46,046 bases of DNA from a virus, in IMG/VR virus record IMGVR_UViG_3300037761_000122, positions 1 through 46,046 of that record; one strand, 5' to 3'. Under the pieces are notes generated by a model that saw only the letters and a program-made list of their open reading frames with translations, ran no database searches and was not told where the DNA came from. The position numbers were made by a program, and so were the translations under genes. The first letter of the stretch is position 1, and each line of letters begins with the position of its first letter. This document shows positions 1 through 8,393 of this stretch, one piece after another.

Positions 1-127
1 AGCCGCTTGACGTAGTCGGCTACTTCGGCGGGCTTGGAACCCGGCGCGGGGTAGTGGTCCCCGCGTGTCTCTTTGAGTCTGGCACGAACGTCAGGCGCGG
101 GAGGCGCCTGGTTCAGCTAGAGTCTGA
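1..127. repeat. Terminal direct repeat, copy 1 (circularisation overlap)
   Basis: Exact 127-nt identity with 45920..46046 (agccgcttgacgtagtcgg...gttcagctagagtctga). Confidence 0.97.
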
Positions 128-207
128 GTCCCGCATGTTGGGCTGTCCCATGGAGGTAGCCACGACCGGCTGTGGTGGTCGAAGATAGGCGGGCGGGAGG
201 CGGACGG

Positions 208-474
208 TCAAGCGCTGTCGCGCCACGTGAGTTCCACATCCGACGGCACGTGAACGGTGGTGCCGAGCGCATAATCGCCGGGGCGCAAGGTAACATGCCC
301 ACCGCGGGACGCATCGATCAGTGCTTGTATGCCGGGCGCGTCGTCGTGGAAGCCGTCGCCAAAGATCCGGAGGTCCGGCTCTCTCGTTACGAGCTTCGGC
401 ACCGGCACGTCGAAGAACGCACAAGCCATCGCTGCGAACGCCATGCGCTTGAGAAATGCGGCGCGGTTCATCAC
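208..474 (-). CDS. 88-aa protein: signal-like N-terminus plus the first turns of a pectate-lyase-type beta-helix; possibly a truncated depolymerase remnant
   Basis: MMNRAAFLKRMAFAAMACAF resembles a Tat/Sec signal. FGDGFHDDAPGIQALIDA resembles the Pectate_lyase_3 N-terminal motif. The ORF stops after 88 aa with no continuation in other frames. Confidence 0.55.
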   Translation of the reverse strand: MMNRAAFLKRMAFAAMACAFFDVPVPKLVTREPDLRIFGDGFHDDAPGIQALIDASRGGHVTLRPGDYALGTTVHVPSDVELTWRDSA

Positions 475-801
475 TCACCCTCCGTTCGCGTTGTACTGCC
501 GGAGTATCGCACCCACGCCCCAGCCTTCGGCGAGCCAGTTCCGGATCTTGTGCTCCTCGACCATGCGACTTTCGGCACTCTCCCATTCGTTGACGACCTC
601 GACCAGCTCGCTCGGTAGCGGCTTCGGTGGCTCGACCTTCTCGGCCCTCGGTGGGATCACGGCACCGTCGGCCATGACCGCGTGGGCGATCTGGGCGTGA
701 GCGACGCGTAGCTCGCCTCTCAGGTACTTGAGCTCGTCGCGGTGGACGAGCCATGTGAGCAGGGCGCCGATGATGAGGCCGGCCGTGAGGGCGTAGATCA
801 C
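475..801 (-). CDS. Hypothetical protein with N-terminal TM helix
   Basis: 108-aa ORF. ATGA overlap with the upstream gene. Hydrophobic N-terminus IYALTAGLIIGALLTWLV. Confidence 0.6.
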   Translation of the reverse strand: MIYALTAGLIIGALLTWLVHRDELKYLRGELRVAHAQIAHAVMADGAVIPPRAEKVEPPKPLPSELVEVVNEWESAESRMVEEHKIRNWLAEGWGVGAILRQYNANGG

Positions 802-1151
802 GGGCGCTTCTTCTTCGGCGCCTTCTTCGCGGCCGGCTTCTTCGCCGCGGACTTCGGCACGGGCGGCTTCTTCTTCCGAGGGGCGCGCCGTGGCTTCGCG
901 GCCTTCGGGGCGGCGGCGGCGGGTGCGTCCGGACCCTGCACTGGCGCCCGGACGGGGGCCTCCCGCACCGGCAGTCCCGCACCCGTCGTCAATCTGAACT
1001 CGCCGAGCCCTACGAGCCCCTGCTTGCCGCGCACGTCGCCGCGGAAGCTACCGCGAGCGGGATGCGTTTCCGTCGCCTCGAAGACATCCTCGATCACGCC
1101 CGCTTCGCCCGTCTCGTTCCTGACCACGCGGTCACCTGTCTTGATGTTCAC
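798..1151 (-). CDS. Small protein with lysine/alanine/proline-rich histone-H1-like C-terminal tail
   Basis: 117-aa ORF. ATGA overlap with the terL stop. Tail is APKAAKPRRAPRKKKPPVPKSAAKKPAAKKAPKKKRP. Confidence 0.7.
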   Translation of the reverse strand: MNIKTGDRVVRNETGEAGVIEDVFEATETHPARGSFRGDVRGKQGLVGLGEFRLTTGAGLPVREAPVRAPVQGPDAPAAAAPKAAKPRRAPRKKKPPVPKSAAKKPAAKKAPKKKRP

Positions 1152-2716
1152 CAGAACCCTCCTCCGGCCTTCGCCGTCTCGTGTTGCTGCTTCTTGACCA
1201 ACTCGTCGAACTCCTCCGACGCCTTCCTGCTGAGCCTGTCCAGCTTCGCCCGCTCGTCCGCCTCGGTGGTGTCCACGTAGAGCGGCGTGAACGGCCTGAC
1301 GAGCTCCAAGTAGCGCATCGGGTCCACCACGTCGTCAAGCTCCTTGATCGGCGTGTCGGGCGGCGCAGGCTCTTTCTGGCGGTACTGACGGAGCTCCCAG
1401 AGTAGCCGGCTCTCGTGGTACTCGACGCCCGCGATCTTCCACGTGGACCGGAGCGTGCGAAGGAAGTACACGTGCGGGGCTCCGAGCTTGCCCGTGACCG
1501 GATGGCGATGGTTCGGGTCGAGCCACGCGGCACGCCTCACCAACTCAATGCTCGCCTTGACCGACCCCGCGTCCTTCGGCACCGGCTGAGCGAACACGCC
1601 CGAGTCGCTGAGGTTGATGATCGCCTGAGATCCTGCCCCACCAGGATCGGCGTGCGTGCTCACGTGCGCCGGGTTGAGCTTGTGGGCGGCCATCATGCGC
1701 TTGTAGTCCGCGGCATGGATCCGGTCCGGTACCGACTCCCGGTAGTGCTCGGCCACGTGGTAGCGGTTGCCCTCGTGGTCGATCGCTGAGAGCAGGCCAC
1801 CGTGCCGCTTGTTCGGGTCGGCGAGTAGAAACCACGAGTAGGGGCGGCCATCCGGTAGACCGTCGAGCATGTAGGGCGAATCAGCGTCGTTCGTGAGCGT
1901 GGCGAACTCGGGGAAGATCAGGCCCTCGGCGTATCCGTACTTGCCGTAGAGCCTCGTCGCCTTCTCTGCCTCGGTCATGCCCGGGTCGTTCTGGATGCGC
2001 GCGACGCCGCCACCCGCTACGGCTTCGGGATTGTCCGCCATGCCCATCTCGATGACCGTCGTCTCGTTGCCTCTGCGCCACACGCGGTCGGCAACCCGGT
2101 GTTCGTCCTTCACCGTTGGCGTGTAGAACCGGCCGTGTGTCCAGCTGATACCGAGTAGCGGAGTGAACGCGAGGAAGACGATGCCGTTCGTGGTCGCGAG
2201 ACGCTGCACGGCTGACGTATAGAGCCTCGGGTCCTTCGGCTCCTCGTCGAACACGATCAGGTCGACCCGGTCGGACTCGAACGCCATGAAGCCCTGGTCC
2301 TGCGACTTGCCCCAGAGCGTGTTCCCTTCCGCGTGCTCGTCGTCCCACGTGAACACCGGCGTCGGCGTCTGCCGGTAGTCCACCTCGACCGAGTGCGTGA
2401 CATCCATGCCGCGAAACACTTCGTCCCGTAGCCTGCCCTCCCAATTCGATTTGTACTTCTCGAAGCTCTGCGGGCTGACCCAGATCTTGAGCGGACGGTT
2501 CTCCGGGTTTCTCAGCCGCCGGTAGATCGGACCTTCTCGCCTCACGAGCCTGGACACGACGCCGGCCGCTACCGTGGATTTGCCACTCTGATTGCCTCCG
2601 TTGACCTGCACGACGTTCGTCGCCGACGCCAGCCCGAACTGCTGCTGCGTGTGCCACGGGAAGCTGGCGAGCGGGCCGAGGCGCTCGATTACCCGGAGGG
2701 CGTCAGTCGCTTCCAT
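1148..2716 (-). CDS. terL: Terminase large subunit
   Basis: 522 aa. Walker A GGNQSGKST, Walker B LIVFDEEP, C-terminal nuclease-like region. Follows terS with a 14-nt overlap. Confidence 0.9.
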   Translation of the reverse strand: MEATDALRVIERLGPLASFPWHTQQQFGLASATNVVQVNGGNQSGKSTVAAGVVSRLVRREGPIYRRLRNPENRPLKIWVSPQSFEKYKSNWEGRLRDEVFRGMDVTHSVEVDYRQTPTPVFTWDDEHAEGNTLWGKSQDQGFMAFESDRVDLIVFDEEPKDPRLYTSAVQRLATTNGIVFLAFTPLLGISWTHGRFYTPTVKDEHRVADRVWRRGNETTVIEMGMADNPEAVAGGGVARIQNDPGMTEAEKATRLYGKYGYAEGLIFPEFATLTNDADSPYMLDGLPDGRPYSWFLLADPNKRHGGLLSAIDHEGNRYHVAEHYRESVPDRIHAADYKRMMAAHKLNPAHVSTHADPGGAGSQAIINLSDSGVFAQPVPKDAGSVKASIELVRRAAWLDPNHRHPVTGKLGAPHVYFLRTLRSTWKIAGVEYHESRLLWELRQYRQKEPAPPDTPIKELDDVVDPMRYLELVRPFTPLYVDTTEADERAKLDRLSRKASEEFDELVKKQQHETAKAGGGFW

Positions 2717-3113
2717 CGCCCACCAGCAACCACTCGAGTTCGCGGACCGTGCGGATCTGTTGCAGCCGGAGCCACATGTCGGCGACCCGCTCAGGCGTCA
2801 TGGGCTGCTCGGGCTGTTCATCCGCGGTGAGGGCGAGCTTGTCCACGCCGCCGTACTTCGCGAGCACGTCCATCGCCTTCACGCGATCGGACGGCCTCAG
2901 GCCCTCGTCGCTCGCGATCTCCTCGAGGATTGGGATACGCTCGGCGAACGCGCCACGGCACCGCTCGCGGATCGCTGAGGGTGGACGGCCGGCACCCGGC
3001 AACCCTCCCGGCTCGCTGCCCTTCTTGAGCGCGCCGCCATGCTCTTGCGGCACCAATCCACCTGCCGGGATTTCTCCGGATTTCCCGTTCTTCTTCCCGT
3101 TGCCCTTCGCCAT
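2703..3113 (-). CDS. terS: Terminase small subunit
   Basis: 136 aa. Basic, glycine-rich N-terminus (GAGRPPS) and DRVKAMDVLAKYGG motif typical of phage TerS. Sits immediately upstream of terL. Confidence 0.75.
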   Translation of the reverse strand: MAKGNGKKNGKSGEIPAGGLVPQEHGGALKKGSEPGGLPGAGRPPSAIRERCRGAFAERIPILEEIASDEGLRPSDRVKAMDVLAKYGGVDKLALTADEQPEQPMTPERVADMWLRLQQIRTVRELEWLLVGDGSD

Positions 3114-3385
3114 CAGGACTCCGGCGGCAGTAGGGCTTCGATGCGGTCGGCGAGCCGGAACAACCCTGTAGGCGTGCCCATTAAGCCCCAGGCTGGGTTG
3201 GCGTGCAACCAGTTGGCTGTGTCGCGGAGATTAGCCACGTCCTCTCTCGTGAACCCGCAGGGTCGTAGCACGTACTCGCCGTCAGGGGGTGTGCCGCTGA
3301 CCTGGCTCTGCGTTCTCGTCCCGCTGATGCGTCCGTCGTGGATGAACACAGCCGGACATGCCGGCAGCGCCTTGGCCCCGCTCAC
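3113..3385 (-). CDS. Hypothetical protein carrying the FTxEDV...HANP...ADRIEALLPP domain
   Basis: 90-aa ORF. The C-terminal ~47 aa are homologous to the C-terminus of the plus-strand HTH protein at 20868..21209. Confidence 0.65.
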   Translation of the reverse strand: MSGAKALPACPAVFIHDGRISGTRTQSQVSGTPPDGEYVLRPCGFTREDVANLRDTANWLHANPAWGLMGTPTGLFRLADRIEALLPPES

Positions 3386-3618
3386 TGCACCACCCCCGCC
3401 GCGTTCGCTTGCCGCTCAGGCCCCGCCGGGTGGATGACCTGCACCGCGATGTCCACGTCGACCTCGTAGCCCATCGCTACGTGGCTGAGCAGGACGTCTC
3501 TCATCGGCATCTGGGAGTCAGGGTCGATCTCGGTGAGAAACTCATCCACGCGCGCCTTGGCTCTCGTGCGGAGCCCCCTCCTGAGTGTGGCGCGTAACTT
3601 GTCGAGCTCGTAGCTCAT
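3382..3618 (-). CDS. Hypothetical protein
   Basis: 78-aa ORF with ATGA overlaps on both sides. Confidence 0.55.
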   Translation of the reverse strand: MSYELDKLRATLRRGLRTRAKARVDEFLTEIDPDSQMPMRDVLLSHVAMGYEVDVDIAVQVIHPAGPERQANAAGVVQ

Positions 3619-3854
3619 GGTGCCCTCCCGTTCGTCGTCTCAAGTATAACCGCCAGCGTGTTCCCGCACCTCCGGCACTTCCGTTCGATCCCTCCCCACA
3701 CCGGATCCGTCGTGACCCTGACCCGCACCACCGTGCCGCGTCCTACCGTGTCGTGGGCTCGGTTGCAGCGCCTGCCTCCCGTGACCCTGCCCGGACAGCG
3801 TATGGGCTCGCCCACGTAGTAGGTGCCTTCGGGGGTGTGCTGGTCAACGCTCAC
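3615..3854 (-). CDS. Small zinc-ribbon protein
   Basis: 79 aa. Cys pairs (CPG...RRC, CRRC). ATGA coupling. Confidence 0.55.
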   Translation of the reverse strand: MSVDQHTPEGTYYVGEPIRCPGRVTGGRRCNRAHDTVGRGTVVRVRVTTDPVWGGIERKCRRCGNTLAVILETTNGRAP

Positions 3855-4069
3855 GGGTTAAGGCCTCCTGGCAGCACGGCCCCGCACTTCCCGCAGAGCG
3901 TCGGGCCGATACCGTAGGTGAGCCATCGGTGGTCGCACTCGGGGTCGGGGGGATACCGCCAGGTGACCGTGCTCGCGGACTTGAGGCCCATCGGACACGT
4001 CGAGCACTTCGCCACCCAGGGCGCGTAGACGGATCCGCAGGTTGGGCAGAGCCAGCCTTCGGTGGTCAT
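3851..4069 (-). CDS. Small zinc-ribbon protein
   Basis: 72 aa from the internal ATG (ATGA overlap with the upstream stop at 4066). CPTCG...CSTC and CGKCG motifs. Confidence 0.55.
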   Translation of the reverse strand: MTTEGWLCPTCGSVYAPWVAKCSTCPMGLKSASTVTWRYPPDPECDHRWLTYGIGPTLCGKCGAVLPGGLNP

Positions 4070-4563
4070 GGGGTCTCCGGGTTCGGTGCGTCCGAGTAAC
4101 CGACCATCGGGACGCGGCGGCGCTCGTGGACGATGTGGTTGTGGACGACGCCGAATCCGATCGCCTCGTCGAGCTCGGCCGACGTGCAGGGCCGCATCTT
4201 CCGGCCGGCCATGATCTCGGTTTGGCCGATCTCGCGGCGGGTAACGGAGCGGATCCTCGCTCCGCAGACTTCGCACGGCGCGGCCGGGTCGTTTGTGGGC
4301 TGTTGCTCGCCGCTGCCTCGGACGATCGTGCCCCGGTATTCGATTGCGAGCGCCTTGATGCGGCCGGGCTTTGGCCAGTACGAGTTGTCTCCGCTCACGT
4401 AGCCGGTGACGGCCGCCCTGAGCTCGTCGGGCTCGATGTGGGCCAGCACGTCGACCCAGACTTTCGCCAGGTCGTCGGTGTTCGGTGGTGGCGTGAAGCC
4501 CGCGGCCCTGAGCCGTCCGATCTCGCGGGTGGCGACGTCGAGGTTGACCCGGAAGCCGCTCAT
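4066..4563 (-). CDS. Hypothetical replication-module protein (Cys-containing)
   Basis: 165 aa from the ATG at 4563 (ATGA overlap). CEVCG motif. Sits next to the replisome-organiser-like gene. Confidence 0.5.
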   Translation of the reverse strand: MSGFRVNLDVATREIGRLRAAGFTPPPNTDDLAKVWVDVLAHIEPDELRAAVTGYVSGDNSYWPKPGRIKALAIEYRGTIVRGSGEQQPTNDPAAPCEVCGARIRSVTRREIGQTEIMAGRKMRPCTSAELDEAIGFGVVHNHIVHERRRVPMVGYSDAPNPETP

Positions 4564-5303
4564 GACGCTTCCACCTGCATGCGTGCTTGGTACTCGGCGT
4601 CGCTCTCCCACGCGGAGGGGATGGTGTTCCTGGTGGCCCCTTGCTCAGCTATCACAGTCTCGAGAATCCGGCGGAAGAAGCGGCCTTGGTACTCCTGGCC
4701 CTCGGCTTCCATGCGAGCGATCGCAATACTCAGGCATCGATCGCGATCCTTGGGGTCATCGAGTGCCTTCAGGAGCAGCGGATCAGTGCCCTCCGAGCCC
4801 TGCCAGCCGTACATACCCCTGACGGACTTGACCGTATCGACCCCTCGCGTGTGCTGACGCGCAACAGCGCCCTCGCTAGAGGGTGCTGTTATGTCAGTGG
4901 TCAGTGGTCGGTGGTCACGCGCGACAGTGTCACGCCGTGACGGGGGCGTGACACCCGTGACACTTTCCCGCTCGCGCTGCCTTCGTTTCCGCTTTGCAGC
5001 CGTCCGGTCCGGCTCCTGATACTCGTCCCACTTAACGACCTGCCACCTTCGACCTTCGACCTTCAGCCCTCCATCCTTCTCCTCCACGGCCGCGCGCAAC
5101 ATCTCCTGAACGGCGCGGACCGACACATCCCACCTCTTGGCGGCGACCTTCGGGGCCATCGCCGCAGCCTCGCCCTTGCGTCCGTCTCGCTTCACGTAGC
5201 AGAGCAGCTTGATCCATGCGAGCTGCGCCATAGGCTCGAGCATGGCCACCCACTCGGTATCATCCCACTGAGCGTCGAGACGTAGCCAGCGGCGTGCGCT
5301 CAC
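4560..5303 (-). CDS. Putative replisome-organiser / DNA-binding replication protein
   Basis: 247 aa. N-terminal winged-helix-like WLRLDAQWDDTEW...LAWIKLLCY pattern, basic linker KRKRRQRER. Function is inferred only. Confidence 0.4.
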   Translation of the reverse strand: MSARRWLRLDAQWDDTEWVAMLEPMAQLAWIKLLCYVKRDGRKGEAAAMAPKVAAKRWDVSVRAVQEMLRAAVEEKDGGLKVEGRRWQVVKWDEYQEPDRTAAKRKRRQRERESVTGVTPPSRRDTVARDHRPLTTDITAPSSEGAVARQHTRGVDTVKSVRGMYGWQGSEGTDPLLLKALDDPKDRDRCLSIAIARMEAEGQEYQGRFFRRILETVIAEQGATRNTIPSAWESDAEYQARMQVEAS

Positions 5304-5920
5304 CTCGCCTCCGTGACCAGCCGTGGCCTACACCCGTTCGTGGATATGAATGGGTGAGAGCGCTGGGGGGTGTTGGCGATGGGCACAGGAAGCATCGCTT
5401 GGCGACGGCCATTGATGCGCTTGGACACCTCCAACGCAGCATCATGGATGTCTGCCATTTTGCCCTGCGGATTAAACTTGCCCCTGCCCGCGATCCACCG
5501 CGTATCCATGTATCCGTCGGCGACGGGGCAGACCTCGATCTCAACCCAATAGTCGGCTTGCTCGATATGCGGAACCGATTTCACCACCAACCTGGCGTCG
5601 TCCGTAGCGTCCTTCGACAACAGCACGCCGGACATCTTTACTCCAGCCATACCCCACCGCATTTCCTCCACGTACCGCAGGAGCTGGACCACCGCGGCAA
5701 CGTCCGCGGCGGATCGCTTGATTTCGACGATCACCATACGCCAGTCATGGGTTGGGTCGAGCACCAGCAGGAGGACATCGATCCTCCCGCCGCTTGGTAA
5801 TTGGACTTGCCGCCCGACGAGCTCGACATGGGAGGCGGTCGAGCCACCATCCCAGATCGCACGCGGGTTATCGCAAACCCAATCCTCAATGTCCTTCTCG
5901 GTCCAACAGATTTCCGTCAT
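5300..5920 (-). CDS. PD-(D/E)XK nuclease-like protein (NucS/DUF91-type core)
   Basis: 206 aa. GGRIDVLLLVLD...VIVEIKRSAADVAAVVQLLRYV matches the D...ExK core. Visibly lower GC than its neighbours. Confidence 0.55.
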   Translation of the reverse strand: MTEICWTEKDIEDWVCDNPRAIWDGGSTASHVELVGRQVQLPSGGRIDVLLLVLDPTHDWRMVIVEIKRSAADVAAVVQLLRYVEEMRWGMAGVKMSGVLLSKDATDDARLVVKSVPHIEQADYWVEIEVCPVADGYMDTRWIAGRGKFNPQGKMADIHDAALEVSKRINGRRQAMLPVPIANTPQRSHPFISTNGCRPRLVTEAR

Positions 5921-5935
5921 GGCTTGGTTTGCCGG

Positions 5936-6295
5936 CTAGGTGGTGGACGTGGGCGATCTCTCAAGGCGCTCACGCACGTCCTCGGGGGAGTGTCGCACGC
6001 ACGGTGCCGGTAGGATGCACATCACCTCGTCACCCCAACCGTCGATGTAGATGGCGCCGCACAGGTCCATTTTGCGGACGCGCGCCTGTACGTCCTTTTT
6101 CACGACCTCATTCGACTCGGCGTCCTCGGGGGAGCGGCGACGGTCGCGACGGTCGCGTGCAGCGCGCGTCACCATGAGCGCTCGTCCGGTCGCGGCGAAC
6201 TCACTGGTTGAGCCCCACTGGGTCATCCGCCTCTCGCCTCCACCCCGTCGCTCGCGCGGCGCGTCTCCTCGGTCGGGGCGCTCGGGGGTGCTCAT
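5936..6295 (-). CDS. Hypothetical protein
   Basis: 119 aa from the ATG at 6295 (ATGA overlap with the upstream TM micro-ORF). The longer ORF-track start lies in a shadow frame. Confidence 0.45.
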   Translation of the reverse strand: MSTPERPDRGDAPRERRGGGERRMTQWGSTSEFAATGRALMVTRAARDRRDRRRSPEDAESNEVVKKDVQARVRKMDLCGAIYIDGWGDEVMCILPAPCVRHSPEDVRERLERSPTSTT

Positions 6296-6414
6296 CGGGA
6301 GAGGACTCCCAAGCCGAGGGCGACCAGAGCCAGGACCCCGAGCACGGCGAGCAACAGCAATGCCCCGACCATCATTAGGCGCCACGCGATCCAGGTTGCC
6401 AGCTTCTCGTTCAT
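6292..6414 (-). CDS. 40-aa single-TM peptide
   Basis: MNEKLATWIAWRLMMVGALLLLAVLGVLALVALGLGVLSR. ATGA overlaps at both ends. Below the ORF-track size cut-off. Confidence 0.45.
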   Translation of the reverse strand: MNEKLATWIAWRLMMVGALLLLAVLGVLALVALGLGVLSR

Positions 6415-6599
6415 CGCTCCTCACTCTCCTCTCGGGGTGCGCGGCGCTCTCGATGGATCCGAATGCGTTCATATTCAACCACCTCGTCAACGTCGATGTC
6501 GCACTCGCCGAAAATGAACCCGTGCCAAGCGCCGTCTGAGAAGTCTTCCGCCACGCTCATCATCGCGTCGATGTGGCCCCACCTTGTTTCGTCCATCAC
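6411..6599 (-). CDS. Hypothetical acidic protein
   Basis: 62-aa ORF with ATGA coupling to the upstream gene. Confidence 0.5.
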   Translation of the reverse strand: MMDETRWGHIDAMMSVAEDFSDGAWHGFIFGECDIDVDEVVEYERIRIHRERRAPREESEER

Positions 6600-7162
6600 G
6601 TCGAACCTCCTTCCGCTTCGGGGGTGGCGAGGGCCGCATAGAGCACAAGCGTCCGGCCTTTCGCTTTCGGGTAGTCATAGATCGCATTGCACCAGTGCGC
6701 TTCCGCCACCTTCTCTGATTCGTGCATTACCGGCGAGCGGATCCAGCCCCGTCCGTCTCCCCAATCGACCTCGGCCATCCATGCGACCGCCTCCCTCTCG
6801 GGCTCCGCTGCCGTGGGGGCGGGGACGTAAGCGTTGACCGCAGCGACGATGAAGTCAGCATCAACGCCGTTCATGTCGGCGCTGATGACGTTGTCGTCCG
6901 CGTCCACCAACTCGGTGTATGTCAGGTCGTTCTCGAAGAGGCGCTCAACTCTCACCGGCCTCGGGATCGGGCACTCCCCTGTCTCGGCGGGCTCGGGAGC
7001 GGTGCCAGAGAGGCGGCCGACCTCGGCGCAGAGGGCTTCGATTGTGTCGGCGGCCTCGGTTAGCGCGTCGCGATGAACGCGGTCCATTGCTGCCTCGATC
7101 ACGTCTCCCGCGTCGTAGTCGAGATGCCGAAGCCTCTCCACCACGTCTCGTGTATCAGCCAT
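6596..7162 (-). CDS. Hypothetical protein with the shared TRDVxERLR...EAADxIEAL N-terminal domain
   Basis: 188 aa. The N-terminal ~45 aa are paralogous to 12228..12578, with visible DNA-level similarity. Confidence 0.6.
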   Translation of the reverse strand: MADTRDVVERLRHLDYDAGDVIEAAMDRVHRDALTEAADTIEALCAEVGRLSGTAPEPAETGECPIPRPVRVERLFENDLTYTELVDADDNVISADMNGVDADFIVAAVNAYVPAPTAAEPEREAVAWMAEVDWGDGRGWIRSPVMHESEKVAEAHWCNAIYDYPKAKGRTLVLYAALATPEAEGGST

Positions 7163-7541
7163 CGGTGTCGGCCTCCTCCATCTCCTCTCGGGTAGCGAGG
7201 GAGCGCGCTAGGGCATTCCTCGCGATGTCACGCATGTCAGTAGGGGTCACACCAGAGCGACGAACCTCATCTGGATCGTAGTTGGCGATCGTGTATAGTG
7301 CCTCCCGCAGATGATCCACCTCCTCAACCATGGCGCGAACAGGCATATCGGCCCCCGGCTCGGCGGGCTCGGGAGCGGAGAGCAGGGCGAGGACTTCGGC
7401 CTTGTGCTTCTTGCAGCGCTCCATCGTCTGCTCTTGCCGCTCGGCGGACCCATGCTCGCATTCCTCCATGCCAGCTTCGAATGCCGCCGTGTCGATTCGC
7501 TCCAACAGCACCCGCACCCGCTCCCGCAGATCCTCGCTCAC
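7155..7541 (-). CDS. Hypothetical protein
   Basis: 128 aa from the GTG at 7541 (GTGA overlap with the upstream stop at 7538). Confidence 0.5.
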   Translation of the reverse strand: MSEDLRERVRVLLERIDTAAFEAGMEECEHGSAERQEQTMERCKKHKAEVLALLSAPEPAEPGADMPVRAMVEEVDHLREALYTIANYDPDEVRRSGVTPTDMRDIARNALARSLATREEMEEADTDG

Positions 7542-7822
7542 GACCCCAGCACCCCCGACCCGACCGCAACCAGCAACGTCGCGACGATCACACCGAGGAC
7601 CACAAGCACACCTGTCAGCACACCTGTCAGCACACCGAGCCGGACGAAGCGGCGCCACTCGGGGAGCGTCTCCACGTCGTCCCATGTGGACGTCGCGCGC
7701 ACCACTCCATCGTCCACGTCGTCCGGTAGGTACGATGCGAGCCGAATCTGCGTGGCCTCGGCGGCGGCCAGCGTCTGACGGTCCGGGTGGGTGACGCGGC
7801 CGTTCGTGTGGACGTCGGTCAT
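7538..7822 (-). CDS. Membrane protein with C-terminal TM region
   Basis: 94 aa. GGAGGTG RBS. The TM segment GVLTGVLTGVLVVLGVIVATLLV includes a 12-bp tandem duplication at 7609..7632. Confidence 0.6.
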   Translation of the reverse strand: MTDVHTNGRVTHPDRQTLAAAEATQIRLASYLPDDVDDGVVRATSTWDDVETLPEWRRFVRLGVLTGVLTGVLVVLGVIVATLLVAVGSGVLGS

Positions 7823-7835
7823 GGGGTCACCTCCG

Positions 7836-8222
7836 TCATCGGGTCACCTCCGGCACGGTCAGGCAGTGCTCGGCCGCTAGCTGTAGCAGCGCGTCCGTGA
7901 CATGCTCGGAGAAGTTTTCGCAATCCGTACACTCGTCGTGGCAGGATTGGAGGCTGTCGTAGAACGGGTCCACGTGCCCACGGGAGTCGTAAAACCGGCG
8001 TAGCTGTAGATACTCGATGACGTCAGTCGCCCATGTGCCCTCGTTGGCTTGTTGGCGTTCCTCGTCGGCCAGTAAGGCCCCGAACGCACACGTGGTCCCG
8101 TCTCTGCCTTCATAGAGGCAGTTTCCTGAGTCCTCGTCGACCGACTGCGGCGCTCCCTCCACCACGAACCGCTGCCAGACGATGTTGAAGTGCTCCTGCC
8201 TACGCTTCGTGTCGGCGTCCAT
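7836..8222 (-). CDS. Hypothetical Cys-rich protein
   Basis: 128-aa ORF with a GGAGG RBS upstream of the ATG at 8222. Confidence 0.6.
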   Translation of the reverse strand: MDADTKRRQEHFNIVWQRFVVEGAPQSVDEDSGNCLYEGRDGTTCAFGALLADEERQQANEGTWATDVIEYLQLRRFYDSRGHVDPFYDSLQSCHDECTDCENFSEHVTDALLQLAAEHCLTVPEVTR

Positions 8223-8264
8223 CTGCTAATCCTCCGTTGGGTGCGAGTCGTGTATTCCGCGTCT

Positions 8265-8393
8265 TCATCGTCCGCTTCGGCCACCGCGGCGGGAGCTGCC
8301 CCCGAGCACCAGCCCCCGGCGCGCGTCGTCCAGGATGCGGGAGGACTCACGGCAGCACTCGGCGGTGCGGATGGCGGCGCGGTAGGCGGTCAT
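8265..8393 (-). CDS. 42-aa hypothetical peptide
   Basis: ATGA overlap with the dcm stop. Very high GC3 in frame. Below the ORF-track cut-off. Confidence 0.3.
   Translation of the reverse strand: MTAYRAAIRTAECCRESSRILDDARRGLVLGGSSRRGGRSGR

Noticed and set aside
113-982. 289-aa Arg/Pro-rich minus-strand ORF, and similar long ORFs (for example 1881..2657, 8538..9101, 18494..19039, 41629..42984 and 44452..45315).
   Set aside because: The R/P/G/A-dominated composition is typical of out-of-frame or antisense shadow ORFs in high-GC DNA. Each overlaps a gene with clear motifs or operon coupling in another frame.
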